Assembly: GCA_016182185.1 (NCBI GenBank)
Contig: JACOXU010000001.1
Coordinates: 15,700 to 79,699 of the forward strand
Source of the DNA: Candidatus Levyibacteriota bacterium
Lineage (GTDB): Bacteria > Patescibacteriota > Microgenomatia > Levybacterales > UBA12049
Reading direction: 5' to 3'
DNA length: 64,000 bases
The notes beneath the pieces were generated by a model that was not told the DNA's origin, did no database searches, and saw only the letters and a program-made list of their open reading frames with translations. Shown in pieces: positions 1-10,314 of this stretch (positions are counted from its first letter, which is position 1; each line of letters begins with the position of its first letter). The position numbers were made by a program, and so were the translations under genes.

Positions 1-156
1 TTTTATTATAGTATCCACAAAATTTACAAACCGTATGAGGTTTAATTATCTTATGACAGTTTTCACATACTGCTCTATTAGTAAGACCGAGTTTTATACT
101 TTTTCTTCGTTTTCCTTGTCTTTGTCGTGAATGTCTTTTTTTGGGTTCTTGTGGCA
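1..156 (-). CDS. rpmF: 50S ribosomal protein L32, C-terminally truncated by the window edge
   Basis: Reverse-complement translation MPQEPKKRHSRQRQGKRRKSIKLGLTNRAVCENCHKIIKPHTVCKFCGYYNK. It is basic and has the C-x2-C...C-x2-C zinc ribbon typical of L32. The ATG lies at 154-156. Confidence 0.7.
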
Positions 157-196
157 TTTCCCTATTTTACCTTAATCCGAGCCTAGATGCAATAAT

Positions 197-2224
197 TTAA
201 TCGGGAGATATCTGTTTGATATTTTTGCTTTCAATTTTGCCAAGAAGCGACGGATAGTTCTTAAGCTGAGGAAAAAAATTCTCAGCTTCTTTTTTCGTTT
301 TTTCGATTAAAGAAAAATCTGAAAAAGAAGCAATTCTAAGATGAGGAATTCCGTGTTGGGCCGTACCGTAAAATTCTCCCGGCCCTCTGAGTTTTAGATC
401 AAGCTCGGCAAGTTCTGCTCCAAAATTTATCCTCTCCATAACTTTTATCCTTTCAAGGGTTTCTTCCCTTGTTGATTCCGTAAATAAGAGACAATATGAT
501 TGCTTACCTCCTCTTCCTACGCGACCTCTCATCTGGTGAAGCTGGGAGAGTCCGAAGCGCTCGGCCGCTTCGATAACCATAATAGTTGCACCTGTAACAT
601 CAATTCCAACTTCAACTACAGGCGTTGAAACCAATATATCTGCTTTACTATTTTTGAATTTTTTCAGAATTTTTTCTTTTTCCCCATGTTTTAGCTTCCC
701 ATGGAGAAGTTCGACCGTAAGATCCGGAAAGATCTCATTTTTAAGAAATTCATATTCTTTCCTGGCTGCTTTTACTGTTTTTAAACTTTCAGACTCTTCA
801 ATAAAAGGGCAAATAATAAATACCTGCGATTTCTCACTTGATATTTGATTTTTAATCCAGCTGTATGCATTTTTTCGTTTTTCGGGAGGAACAAGCCATG
901 TTTTGATTTTTTTCCTTCCTTGCGGCATCTCATCCAGAATTGAAAGATCCAAATCTCCATAGAGAGTGAGCGCAACAGTTCTAGGAATTGGTGTCGCGGT
1001 CATAGTAAGGAAATGTGGATTTTTTCCCTTTTTTCTTATTATTGCCCGCTGCTCTACTCCGAAACGCTGTTGTTCATCAACAACAACGAGCCCTAGTTTT
1101 TGATAATTAATCTTGTCAGACAGAACTGCATGCGTACCTATCAGAATGTCAAAGCTTTGAATATTTTGTTTCTTACTACCAGTTGCAAATCCAATTTTGA
1201 CACCTAAGGACGAGAGAAGATTGTCAATAGTTTGAAAATGTTGGTTCGCGAGTATATCGGTTGGAATCATAAAAACTGATTGAAATCCATTAAGGTATGC
1301 CAAATACATTGCGATACCTGCAACGACTGTCTTTCCGGATCCAACATCTCCTTCCAGAAGTCTGTTCATTGGGTTCTTTGCTCCAAGATCTTTGAAAATT
1401 TCAGAAACTGCTTTTTTTTGAGCTCTGGTTAATTCAAAGGGCAGTTTACTCCAAAATTGCTCAATCTGGTTCTTATATTTTGTAATTAAAAAGGGATGAC
1501 TGGTTAAATTTTCTTTCCATTCGGTTTTCTTTTTTTTGACAGATAATTGGAGCAAAAAAAGTTCATCGAAGGAAAGTCTTTCTCTTGCCTTGCCTGCGTT
1601 TGTAAGAGAATCAGGAAAGTGTATCTGTTCAATTGCAGTCTCAAGATCTAACAGGTCATGCTCATTAAGAATTTTTTGCGGAAGATAATCTTTAAGGTCA
1701 TTTCTGTTTTCTTGAATAATTTTATAAACCTGACGCCTTAACCATTTTGACGAAACCCCATAAGTTTCTCTATAGATAGGAACGAGTCTTCCTGTGTGAA
1801 TAGTTTTATACGCATTTTCTTGATTTATAACTTCATATTCCGGAGATTCAACAACGAGTTTCCCTAAATAAGAACTTATTTTTCCAGAAAGTGATACCTT
1901 ATCATCCTTTTTAAGGATATTTAAAATGAAGGGCTGATTAAACCATATAATTTCAATCTCTCCGGTCTCGTCCCGTACTTTTGCCTTTTGGATTTTTTTC
2001 CATTTTTTGGTATATATATTTTCAATTTCAACTAAAATTCCCTGAATTGTTACCAATTCTCCAGCTTGAACGCTCTCGATCTTGGATATGATAGTGTAAT
2101 TCTCGTATCTAAACGGGAAATGGTAAAGAAAATCTTCAAATCTTTTGATTCCGAGTTTTTCGAGCCGGCTTGCGTATCTTTTAAAGATTCCACCAGCTTC
2201 TCCTACTGGCATCTTAAGGTTCAT
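197..2224 (-). CDS. recG: ATP-dependent DNA helicase RecG
   Basis: Walker A GDVGSGKT, the DEQQRFGV motif, TATPIPRT, a QLHQMRGRVGRG helicase C-terminal motif and an N-terminal wedge/OB region. The start is probably the internal Met (MNLKMPVGEAGG) rather than ORF-track position 2308. Confidence 0.85.
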   Translation of the reverse strand: MNLKMPVGEAGGIFKRYASRLEKLGIKRFEDFLYHFPFRYENYTIISKIESVQAGELVTIQGILVEIENIYTKKWKKIQKAKVRDETGEIEIIWFNQPFILNILKKDDKVSLSGKISSYLGKLVVESPEYEVINQENAYKTIHTGRLVPIYRETYGVSSKWLRRQVYKIIQENRNDLKDYLPQKILNEHDLLDLETAIEQIHFPDSLTNAGKARERLSFDELFLLQLSVKKKKTEWKENLTSHPFLITKYKNQIEQFWSKLPFELTRAQKKAVSEIFKDLGAKNPMNRLLEGDVGSGKTVVAGIAMYLAYLNGFQSVFMIPTDILANQHFQTIDNLLSSLGVKIGFATGSKKQNIQSFDILIGTHAVLSDKINYQKLGLVVVDEQQRFGVEQRAIIRKKGKNPHFLTMTATPIPRTVALTLYGDLDLSILDEMPQGRKKIKTWLVPPEKRKNAYSWIKNQISSEKSQVFIICPFIEESESLKTVKAARKEYEFLKNEIFPDLTVELLHGKLKHGEKEKILKKFKNSKADILVSTPVVEVGIDVTGATIMVIEAAERFGLSQLHQMRGRVGRGGKQSYCLLFTESTREETLERIKVMERINFGAELAELDLKLRGPGEFYGTAQHGIPHLRIASFSDFSLIEKTKKEAENFFPQLKNYPSLLGKIESKNIKQISPD

Positions 2225-2332
2225 ATCTATTAAAAGCTGAGAAACGGAAGAACAGATGATGCAACTAAGGCAAACGAAGCAATGATCACAATTATTTTCC
2301 AAATCCAACCATGTTTTCTAAAAATGTCCATA

Positions 2333-3517
2333 CTACTTAATTTTTATTTTAATAAATTTTCTTTTTCCAACTTTTATAACCATATCATTTTTTACTTTGA
2401 TCTCCGAATTTGGGTTAGTAATTTTTACTCTATCAATTTCGACTCCACCCTGCTCGAGCAATCTTTTTGCTTCAGATTTACTTTCTGCAAGTTTCGCAAG
2501 AAGTATTAGATCATCAATTTTGACATTTGTTTCCCCGCTGTATTTATAAATTGGTAAATTAACCGGAAGCTGTCTGTCTCGTACGGTTTTTTGGAAATGA
2601 TTTTGTGCATCTTTTGCTATTTTTTCTCCATCGAGCATTTTGACGATTTCAAATGCAAGCTCCTTCTTGATATCCAGAGGACTTTCTCCTTTTTCAAGTC
2701 TGTTATTTATATTTTCAATTTCTTCATTTTGGACTCTTGTGACTAGTGTAAAATATTGAATAATTGAGTCGTCATTTATTGACATAATTTTTGTATACAT
2801 GTCATTAGGCTTATCATCAATCCAGATTGCATTATTCCAGGTCTTGCTCATTTTTCGCCCGTCAGTTCCCGAAAGAAATTCAGTGGTCAAAATAAAAGAG
2901 TCTTTATTTCTCCATTTTTTCTGCAAAGTCCTTCCCGCCTGCATATTGAATGTCTGATCGGTTCCTCCTATTTGTAAATCGGTATCCATATAATAGCTGT
3001 CATATCCTTGCATAGCGGGATATAGTGCTTCATGGAGTCCCACATATTTACCCGCTGATAGTCTTTTTTTGATAAGCTCTCTTGAAGCAAAGTCTCCGAA
3101 AGAAAACTGCTGGGTAAGTCTTATAATTTCCGCAAAAGTTAGTTTTTTTAACCATTCACTATTATTTTTAACCTGTACTTTTGAAAAATCAAGAATTTTT
3201 TCTGCCTGTTTTTTGTATGTTTTAAAATTTTTCTCAATTTCCTCAGGCGTTAGAACTGGCCTTTCAGATTCTTTATCTGACGTATCTCCGATGAGAGCCG
3301 TAAAATCACCAATGAGAAGAGTAACGTTGTGTCCAAGTTCTGCGAATTTAGCAAGTTTTATAAGAGGAACTGCATGACCAAGATGAATTCTGGGAGCAGT
3401 CGGATCAATCCCTAAGTAAACATTTAATCTTTTGTCATGGAGTATCTTTCTGAGTTCATCAATCCCGGGGATTATATTGGCAACGCCACGTGTTAAAATG
3501 CGATCAATTTTATCCAC
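2333..3517 (-). CDS. tyrS: tyrosyl-tRNA synthetase with C-terminal S4 domain
   Basis: HIGH motif (PTAPRIHLGH), KMSKT motif, and a C-terminal S4-like RNA-binding domain. Confidence 0.9.
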   Translation of the reverse strand: MDKIDRILTRGVANIIPGIDELRKILHDKRLNVYLGIDPTAPRIHLGHAVPLIKLAKFAELGHNVTLLIGDFTALIGDTSDKESERPVLTPEEIEKNFKTYKKQAEKILDFSKVQVKNNSEWLKKLTFAEIIRLTQQFSFGDFASRELIKKRLSAGKYVGLHEALYPAMQGYDSYYMDTDLQIGGTDQTFNMQAGRTLQKKWRNKDSFILTTEFLSGTDGRKMSKTWNNAIWIDDKPNDMYTKIMSINDDSIIQYFTLVTRVQNEEIENINNRLEKGESPLDIKKELAFEIVKMLDGEKIAKDAQNHFQKTVRDRQLPVNLPIYKYSGETNVKIDDLILLAKLAESKSEAKRLLEQGGVEIDRVKITNPNSEIKVKNDMVIKVGKRKFIKIKIK

Positions 3518-3587
3518 GGCTTGAGTATAACATAAGTCAGTGATTAGCGGCTAGTAGCTTAAGGTTAGTTTTGGTATAATTTAAGCT

Positions 3588-5921
3588 ATGGTAGATTACA
3601 GGAACAGCAGGCTATCAAGACGTCGCCTCAGACATAGTTCCTCAAAAATAATTCTCTACAGCAAACTTGCCAAATATGCCTTCTTCGGACTAATAGGATT
3701 TTTAATACTAATGACCGGACTTTTTCTTTGGTATGGACGTGATCTTCCAACGCCCGGAAAATTAATTGAGCCGGATTTATCACAATCTACCAGAATTTAT
3801 GATCGAAACGGTATACTCCTCTACTCTGTTTATCAAACTCAAAACAGAACCTATATTAAACTGTCTGAAATTCCAAAGATACTTCAGCAGGCAACTATTG
3901 CAATTGAAGATAAAAACTTTTATAAAAATCAGGGATTCTCAATTACCGGATATGCAAGAGCAATTAGAAATATCCTGCTTTTCAGGGGTCTTTCAGGAGG
4001 TTCTACGATTACACAGCAGTTGGTAAAGAATGTCTTATTAACTTCTGAGCGCACAATTCCCCGTAAGATAAAAGAGCTAATGCTCTCAATTCAGGTTGAC
4101 AAAAAATATACAAAGGATGAAATTCTGGAGATGTACTTAAATGATGTTCCTTATGGCGGTGCAAATATCGGAGTTGAGGCAGCTGCAGAATCATATTTCG
4201 GAAAAAAAGTTAAAGATTTAAATTTGGCAGAAAGCGCATTTCTGGCAGGTCTTCCTCAGGCGCCCAGTATATATTCTCCCTTTTCCGGAAAAAAATTTTA
4301 TGTCAAGCGAACAGAGGATGTACTTAAACAAATGGTCAACGAGGGAATGATAAGCAATAAACAAAAAGAACAGGCGCTTTCCGAGATAAAGTCAAAAACT
4401 TTTTCAGAAAAAGATACCGCAATAAAAGCTCCACACTTTGTCATGTATGTCAAACAGCTCTTAGCAGAAAAATTCGGTGAAAACTCTATTACCTCAGGTG
4501 GTCTTCAAGTCACAACGACACTCGACTATGAAATTCAAAAAAAGGCAGAGGAGATAATCAAGGACGAGATTAATAAGCTTAAGGGTTTCAATGTTGGAAA
4601 TGGAGCCGCAATCGTGTCAGATCCTAAGACGGGTGAAATTTTGGCAATGGTTGGAAGCAAAGACTATTTCGATACAGACAACGATGGTAATTTTAATGCA
4701 TCGTTATCAAACCGTCAGCCCGGGTCCTCTCTTAAGCCCATCATGTACGCGACAGCATTTGAAAAGGGATACACTGCGTCTACGCTTGTAATAGATGTGA
4801 AGACAGAGCTTCCTTCAAATGATCCAAAGAATCCTATCTATACACCGGTAAATTATGATGGAAAGTATAGAGGTCCCATTCAACTCCGTTTTGCGCTTGG
4901 AAATTCAGTAAATGTGCCTGCGGTCAAAATGCTTGCAAGAGTTGGAATAAAGGACGTTATGCAGCAGGCTTACAATATGGGGATAGAAAACTGGCAGCCA
5001 ACCAAGGAAAACCTGGCTAAAGTCGGGTTCTCGCTTGTCTTAGGAGGTCGGGAGACATCACTTCTTTCAGAAATTACGGCATATGGAGTTTTTGCAACAG
5101 CAGGAATAAGGCAAGATCCTGTCGCCATTTTAAAAGTCGTAGATAGTAAAAATAGTAAATTATTTGAGCATAAGAAAACTGATGGTCAGAAAGTCTTGTC
5201 TTCTGAGGCATCTTTTCTTATCTCTCATATCTTGCTTGACAATAATTCAAGAAGCATGGAATTTGGGACCAATTCGTGGCTTGTTATACCAGGCAGGACA
5301 GTTTCTGTAAAAACTGGTACAACTGATGATAAGAGAGATAACTGGACAATTGGATATACGCCGTCATATGTGGTTGGAGTTTGGGTGGGAAATAATGATA
5401 ATAGTCCAATGAACAAAGCAATTGCCTCAGGGGTCACGGGAGCATCCCCAATTTGGAACAGGATTATGAGGGAGGTTCTAAAAGGAAAAAGCGATGAAGC
5501 ATTTAACAAGCCGGATAATGTAGTTGCTATACAAGTAGATTCGTTCGGAGGAGGATTACCTGTAGGCGGTCAACCAACTCGTTCAGAATATTTTATAAAG
5601 GGAACTGAGCCTACGGGCCCTGGTCAGATTTATCAGAAGCTAAAACTTTCTAAACACCAATCTGGTAAACTCGCCAGTGAGTGGGAGATAAGTCACGGAG
5701 AGTACGATACAAAAGATTACATCGTATTTAAAGAAGAAGATCCTGCTTCAGCAGATGGAAAGAATCGTTGGCAGGAGGGAATTGATGCCTGGCTCAGGGA
5801 AAAATATTCTGCAGCTGATTGGCAATACTATCCGCCCAGAGAAACATCAGACTACAAGGGATCAGATGAATCAAACGAACCAACCCCCACATCTACTTTG
5901 ACTATTTCCCCAACACCCTAG
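3588..5921 (+). CDS. class A penicillin-binding protein (bifunctional transglycosylase/transpeptidase, PBP1A-like)
   Basis: N-terminal TM helix, the GT51 motif IAIEDKNFYKNQG, and transpeptidase motifs SSLKP (SxxK), SVN (SxN) and KTGTT. The C-terminal tail is low-complexity and Pro/Thr-rich. Confidence 0.9.
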   Translation: MVDYRNSRLSRRRLRHSSSKIILYSKLAKYAFFGLIGFLILMTGLFLWYGRDLPTPGKLIEPDLSQSTRIYDRNGILLYSVYQTQNRTYIKLSEIPKILQQATIAIEDKNFYKNQGFSITGYARAIRNILLFRGLSGGSTITQQLVKNVLLTSERTIPRKIKELMLSIQVDKKYTKDEILEMYLNDVPYGGANIGVEAAAESYFGKKVKDLNLAESAFLAGLPQAPSIYSPFSGKKFYVKRTEDVLKQMVNEGMISNKQKEQALSEIKSKTFSEKDTAIKAPHFVMYVKQLLAEKFGENSITSGGLQVTTTLDYEIQKKAEEIIKDEINKLKGFNVGNGAAIVSDPKTGEILAMVGSKDYFDTDNDGNFNASLSNRQPGSSLKPIMYATAFEKGYTASTLVIDVKTELPSNDPKNPIYTPVNYDGKYRGPIQLRFALGNSVNVPAVKMLARVGIKDVMQQAYNMGIENWQPTKENLAKVGFSLVLGGRETSLLSEITAYGVFATAGIRQDPVAILKVVDSKNSKLFEHKKTDGQKVLSSEASFLISHILLDNNSRSMEFGTNSWLVIPGRTVSVKTGTTDDKRDNWTIGYTPSYVVGVWVGNNDNSPMNKAIASGVTGASPIWNRIMREVLKGKSDEAFNKPDNVVAIQVDSFGGGLPVGGQPTRSEYFIKGTEPTGPGQIYQKLKLSKHQSGKLASEWEISHGEYDTKDYIVFKEEDPASADGKNRWQEGIDAWLREKYSAADWQYYPPRETSDYKGSDESNEPTPTSTLTISPTP

Positions 5922-7804
5922 ACAACTTTTGCCTTGAATTTTTGTTGTACCGCCTCAATAATTTTTTCTCTTATCTTTCCTACCTCTTCATTGGTTAAAT
6001 TTCTTTCTCTGTGTTGATAGATAATATGAAAAGTTCTGTTATTTTTAAACATATCTTTTAATTCTACGCTTTCTATAATTGTACTTTGTTTTTTTATTTC
6101 ATTGATAATTTCGCCGGTTTTTGCAATTCCGGAAATTTCAATGGTGATGTCTTCAACAACAGGGGGATACTTAGGAATAGGTTTGTATACTCTTTCAAGT
6201 TTAGTCTTTTCTAAGATATCTGAAAAATTCAATTCAAATATTACACCATCGCGGGTGACGTCAATGAATCTACTTGGATCTTCATCAATATTTAATTCTT
6301 CAAAAATTCTTTCAAGGAGCCCCTTTATTTCGTAGAAGTTTTTTTCGTTTGAAATTCCTGAAAGCATATATAATTCATTGGCTTCATCAAGAGTCGGACC
6401 AAGATAAACCTTGCCCATTTCAAACAGATTTATCTTTTCAAAATTAGGTTTATTTTGAACAAAAGCTTTTAATAAGTTTATTTTAAGAGTCGGTCTTAGA
6501 TACTCAAACTCCCGACTTACAGGATTATCGACTCTTAATACCTTATCAGAGTTTATGTTAAGATTTACCAAATCCTTTTCACTTATGAGGCTATAGGAGT
6601 AAATCTCAGAAAATCCGTCTGCCTTTAATAAATTTTTTACTTTCTCATCAATCAAATAATTCTTAAAATATAGAATTGTTTTGGTAGGTATTTCTCCTTC
6701 GGGAATAGTTTTGGGGAAATTATTGTATCCATATAATCTTGCGACTTCTTCAATAAGATCTTCTTCAATCTTAAGATCGTTTCTGTAAGTAGGAATTACA
6801 ACTTTGATCAGATCTTTTCCAGTGTCTTTTGGAGAAAGATTTAATTTCTTCAAAATATTCAAAACTATTTCTTTTTTGATTGTGATTCCAAGAATCTTAT
6901 TTAGCCTCTCGTAGCTTAAGTTTACTACCCAGGGGGCAAAGTCCTCCTTTTTGATGTCAAAAATACTGCTTGAAATCTCCCCGCCTGCTATCTCAAGTAT
7001 TAAATCAAGGCATCTTTCGAGTGCTTCAGGAGTTCCCCCTGCATTTACTCCTCTTTCAAAAATACTTGATGCCTCAGAACGAAGCCCCAGTGATTGTGAA
7101 GCCCTTCTTATAAGAACTGGGACCTCCACGGGTACTCTTATGAAGATTGTTTTTGTATTTTCAAAAGTTCCACTGTTGAATCCCCCTTTTATACCGCAAA
7201 GATCAATAATATTTTCGCGATCTGAGATTATAACCGCTCCTTTGGGTAAATAATAGGAAAGACCATCAACGCTTTTGAATTTTTCTCCGCCTTTTGCTTG
7301 ATGGACCTTCATTACTTTTCCATTAATCCTTTCATAGTCAAATGCATGAATCGGATTACCGAGCTCAAACATCACATAATTTGTTATGTCAACGATATTA
7401 TTGATCGGACGTTGACCGATTTTTATTAATTTTTCGGAAAGCCATTTGGGAGAATCTTTAACTTTTATTCCATCAACTATGATTCCTGTGAATCTTGGAT
7501 TTATAGTACTTTCTGTTTGTATATTAAGAGGTAAAGATTTTTTGGGCTTTATATTCTTTATATCAATTCTGGTTTCAGGATATTTAATCTGTCTTGCTTC
7601 AATTGCCGCAATTTCCCGGGCAATTCCAATAATTGAGAGAAGATCGGGTCGGTTTGGGGTTATCTCAAATTCAAAAAATATATCATTATCAATTTTGGTT
7701 ATTTTTTCAGTTCCTAGGCCTACCTCGGTAAGTTTCTCACCAAGTTTCTCAGGTGAGAGCGTGATATCAACGTATTCTTTAAGCCATGATAAAGGTGCTA
7801 CCAT
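5918..7804 (-). CDS. pheT: phenylalanyl-tRNA synthetase beta subunit, short form lacking the N-terminal tRNA-binding domain
   Basis: B3/B4 and B5 domain-like sequence plus a C-terminal FDX-ACB-like region. It lies immediately downstream of pheS. At 628 aa it is shorter than the ~800 aa typical bacterial PheT. Confidence 0.85.
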   Translation of the reverse strand: MVAPLSWLKEYVDITLSPEKLGEKLTEVGLGTEKITKIDNDIFFEFEITPNRPDLLSIIGIAREIAAIEARQIKYPETRIDIKNIKPKKSLPLNIQTESTINPRFTGIIVDGIKVKDSPKWLSEKLIKIGQRPINNIVDITNYVMFELGNPIHAFDYERINGKVMKVHQAKGGEKFKSVDGLSYYLPKGAVIISDRENIIDLCGIKGGFNSGTFENTKTIFIRVPVEVPVLIRRASQSLGLRSEASSIFERGVNAGGTPEALERCLDLILEIAGGEISSSIFDIKKEDFAPWVVNLSYERLNKILGITIKKEIVLNILKKLNLSPKDTGKDLIKVVIPTYRNDLKIEEDLIEEVARLYGYNNFPKTIPEGEIPTKTILYFKNYLIDEKVKNLLKADGFSEIYSYSLISEKDLVNLNINSDKVLRVDNPVSREFEYLRPTLKINLLKAFVQNKPNFEKINLFEMGKVYLGPTLDEANELYMLSGISNEKNFYEIKGLLERIFEELNIDEDPSRFIDVTRDGVIFELNFSDILEKTKLERVYKPIPKYPPVVEDITIEISGIAKTGEIINEIKKQSTIIESVELKDMFKNNRTFHIIYQHRERNLTNEEVGKIREKIIEAVQQKFKAKVV

Positions 7805-7805
7805 C

Positions 7806-8846
7806 TTAATAAAATTGATTAAGGATTCTCAGATCTGGGTTTGTCAAAAGTCTTAAATCATCCATTTGGAAGCGTTGGGTAACTAATCTTGAAAGTCCGA
7901 TGGCAAAGGCAAAGCCGGATACTTTCTTAGGATCGAAGCCCACTGCCTTTAAAACATTTGGATGAATCATTCCCGATGGCATAATTTCACTCCATCCCGA
8001 TTGCTTACAGAAGCTGCAGCCTTTCCCCTTACAAACTGTACATTCTATGTATGTGTCAACTCCGGGCTCAACAAAGGGAAAGTTGGTAGTCGCAAATTTA
8101 ATTTTGATTTTTTCACCCATGAGTTTTTGAAGTACATAATCTATAGTGCCGAAAAGATCGGTCAGTCGGACGTTGGTATCCACCAAAAAACCTTCTACCT
8201 GCCAGAATTCGAATCCATGAGATGCATCGACCTGCTCATATCGATAATTCTTGCCTGGTACAATTACCCGAAGAGGCGGTTTAGTCTTCTCCATTACTCT
8301 TCCTTGCATAGCAGACATTTGAGTTCGCAAGATTATTTCTCCGGGTTTTGCGTGGCTTTTATGAATATCAAGATAGAGAGTCTGCTGAGTATCGCGGGCC
8401 GGATGATCTTTTGGAATATTAAGCATTTCAAAATTATATTTATCGGTTTCGATTTCGGGACCATCTGCTGCCTGAAAACCAAGAGTTTTAAAAATTTCAA
8501 TAACGTCCGATAGCACAAGGCTTAAAGGGTGAAGGTGCCCGATATTGGGTTTAATTCCCGGACTAGTAATATCTATTTTTTCAATTATTTTTTCTGCCTG
8601 ATTTTTTCCAATCACTGAGGCTTGGCTTGCGATCGTTTCTTCTATTGTACTTTTTACTTCATTAGCGAGCTTTCCCACTTCAGGCTTTTTATCCTTTGGT
8701 AGTTTTGAAAGCTCCTTAATTGCAAGTGTCAACCTCCCGTTTCTTCCCAAAAACTGTAATTTTATTTCATCGAGTTCTTTTTGATCCTGAGCCTCAAGTA
8801 TCAAAGAAACAGCTGAATTTTTAATTTGAATTAAATTTTCTTCCAT
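7806..8846 (-). CDS. pheS: phenylalanyl-tRNA synthetase alpha subunit
   Basis: Class II aaRS core including the FPFVEPGVDTY-type motif; 346 aa; directly precedes pheT. Confidence 0.9.
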   Translation of the reverse strand: MEENLIQIKNSAVSLILEAQDQKELDEIKLQFLGRNGRLTLAIKELSKLPKDKKPEVGKLANEVKSTIEETIASQASVIGKNQAEKIIEKIDITSPGIKPNIGHLHPLSLVLSDVIEIFKTLGFQAADGPEIETDKYNFEMLNIPKDHPARDTQQTLYLDIHKSHAKPGEIILRTQMSAMQGRVMEKTKPPLRVIVPGKNYRYEQVDASHGFEFWQVEGFLVDTNVRLTDLFGTIDYVLQKLMGEKIKIKFATTNFPFVEPGVDTYIECTVCKGKGCSFCKQSGWSEIMPSGMIHPNVLKAVGFDPKKVSGFAFAIGLSRLVTQRFQMDDLRLLTNPDLRILNQFY

Positions 8847-8864
8847 AAAATAAGGATAACATAC

Positions 8865-9059
8865 TTAATTGTCCTTTTGAAGTTTGGATATTATGTCAAC
8901 TGCCCCGGGTTTATTTGCTACTATTTTGGCAAGACTTATTAATGTTGATTTATGGCGTTCGCTTTTTGGACTTGTCTGTTTGGCATCTATTAAGGTATTC
9001 ATTGCAATAACGACTTCTGTCTCAAGCAGGTTGTTATTTGCCCTAGTTTCTTTACTCAT
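8865..9059 (-). CDS. hypothetical small protein (64 aa)
   Basis: ORF with a GAGGATG RBS-like sequence about 9 nt upstream. It sits between the rplT terminator and pheS. No recognisable motif, and it is not Phe-rich, so it is not a pheM-type leader peptide. Confidence 0.35.
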   Translation of the reverse strand: MSKETRANNNLLETEVVIAMNTLIDAKQTSPKSERHKSTLISLAKIVANKPGAVDIISKLQKDN

Positions 9060-9077
9060 AAAAATTCACATCCTCAA

Positions 9078-9123
9078 AATAAAAAAACCTCCGCTTCTCC
9101 GCCTATATTTGGCGGATTGGAGG
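9078..9123 (-). terminator. rho-independent terminator downstream of rplT
   Basis: Hairpin CCTCCGCTTCTCCGCC...GGCGGATTGGAGG, followed on the minus strand by a U-run (A-run at 9078-9087 on the plus strand). Confidence 0.5.
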
Positions 9124-9222
9124 CCGTTTTTATACAAAACCAAACCTCCGTTTAAGCGAAGGTAAAGTAAAACGCAAATGTTACTAGGATATTAGACTGC
9201 TTCATTGTTAAAGTAAATCTTA

Positions 9223-9573
9223 TCAATTGCTTGCGACTTCGTCAACAATCTTTTTGAAAGTTGCCAGGTCATTTACAGCAAGGTCGCTTAATATTTTTCG
9301 GTTCAGTTCTATCTTTGATTCCTTGAGTTTATTCATAAAACTACTGTAAGATAACCCTTCTTTTTTTACTGCCTCTCCAATTCTGGTAATCCAGAGGCTT
9401 CTGAAATCTCTTTTTCTTATTTTTCTGCCATGGTAAGCGTAAGCTCTTGCATGAAGTTCTGCCTCACGGGCGACCTTGACAAGCTTACTTTTTGTACCCC
9501 TATAACCTTTAGTGAGCCTAAGAAGTTTTTTATGTTTTCTTCGGGAAACAACCCCTCTTTTTATACGTGCCAT
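9223..9573 (-). CDS. rplT: 50S ribosomal protein L20
   Basis: MARIKRGVVSRRKHKKLLRLTKGYRG...HARAYAYHGRKIRKRDFRSLWITRI matches the L20 signature. Confidence 0.9.
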   Translation of the reverse strand: MARIKRGVVSRRKHKKLLRLTKGYRGTKSKLVKVAREAELHARAYAYHGRKIRKRDFRSLWITRIGEAVKKEGLSYSSFMNKLKESKIELNRKILSDLAVNDLATFKKIVDEVASN

Positions 9574-9575
9574 AT

Positions 9576-9770
9576 TTATTCTCCGAGCATTTTTTTGATT
9601 TTTTTGGCAAAAGCGCCTTTAAGTACTCCAGTTTCTTTCTGTCTTCTTATTCTTTTTTTTGATTTAATCATTTTATGATGACTTTTGTACTGATGAGAAA
9701 ACAGGACTTTACCTGTTTTCGTAATTTTGAATCTTTTACTTATTGATTTCTTGATTTTTTTCTTTGACAT
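9576..9770 (-). CDS. rpmI: 50S ribosomal protein L35
   Basis: 64 aa and highly basic; KRFKITKTGKV matches the L35 N-terminal motif. Confidence 0.85.
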   Translation of the reverse strand: MSKKKIKKSISKRFKITKTGKVLFSHQYKSHHKMIKSKKRIRRQKETGVLKGAFAKKIKKMLGE

Positions 9771-10314
9771 CTTTTTTCCTTTCCGGAGAAAGAATCCCGA
9801 TAAGCTGTCGACCCTCGAAATGTCTCTCTTTTTCTATTTTTGAAATAGAAGAAAGTGCTTCAGTAACTTTGTCTATTATATTTTCTCCAAATTCTGGGTG
9901 TTGAATCTGCCTCCCCTTAAATTTTACAACCAGTTTTACTTTATTGTTTTCCTGTAAGAATTCTTTAGCTTTTTTGATAATAACTTGGAGGTCATGATTA
10001 TCCATGAAGGGTCCAAGTCTTAATTCTTTAGTCCCAGAACTTTTCGCTTTTTTCTTTTCTTCCTTTTTCTTTTTTTCTTCCTGATATAAAAATTTATTAA
10101 AGTCAATTAGTTTTGCAACGGGTGGCTGAGCATTGGGCGCAATTTCTACCAGATCAAGATCAAGCTCTCTTGCTTTTTTGAGGGCTTCAAATTTAGATAA
10201 AATACCTATTTGTTTGCCATCAGATCCTAACACTCTAAGCGTATGGGCAAAGATACGTTCGTTTATCCGATAAAATCTTTTACTATCGTGTTTAGTTTTA
10301 AATCTTTTTATCAA
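9736..10314 (-). CDS. infC: translation initiation factor IF-3
   Basis: RINERIFAHTLRVLGSDGKQIGILS...LDLVEIAPNAQPPVAKLIDFNKFLY shows IF3 N- and C-domain motifs. It overlaps the thrS end and the rpmI start. Confidence 0.85.
   Translation of the reverse strand: MIKRFKTKHDSKRFYRINERIFAHTLRVLGSDGKQIGILSKFEALKKARELDLDLVEIAPNAQPPVAKLIDFNKFLYQEEKKKKEEKKKAKSSGTKELRLGPFMDNHDLQVIIKKAKEFLQENNKVKLVVKFKGRQIQHPEFGENIIDKVTEALSSISKIEKERHFEGRQLIGILSPERKKDVKEKNQEINK

Noticed and set aside
7446-8518. Plus-strand ORFs 7446-7856 and 7962-8513 and other 60-180-aa antisense ORFs inside pheT, pheS, recG, tyrS, the PBP gene and the CcdA gene
   Set aside because: They lie wholly antisense within strongly supported housekeeping genes, and their translations are low-complexity and hydrophobic, as expected for AT-rich antisense frames.
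8847-9222. Possible pheST attenuator leader peptide (pheM-like) or T-box upstream of pheS
   Set aside because: The 64-aa ORF is not Phe-rich. No T-box specifier or antiterminator consensus, and no alternative terminator/antiterminator pairing, was evident by eye. Only the rplT terminator is seen.
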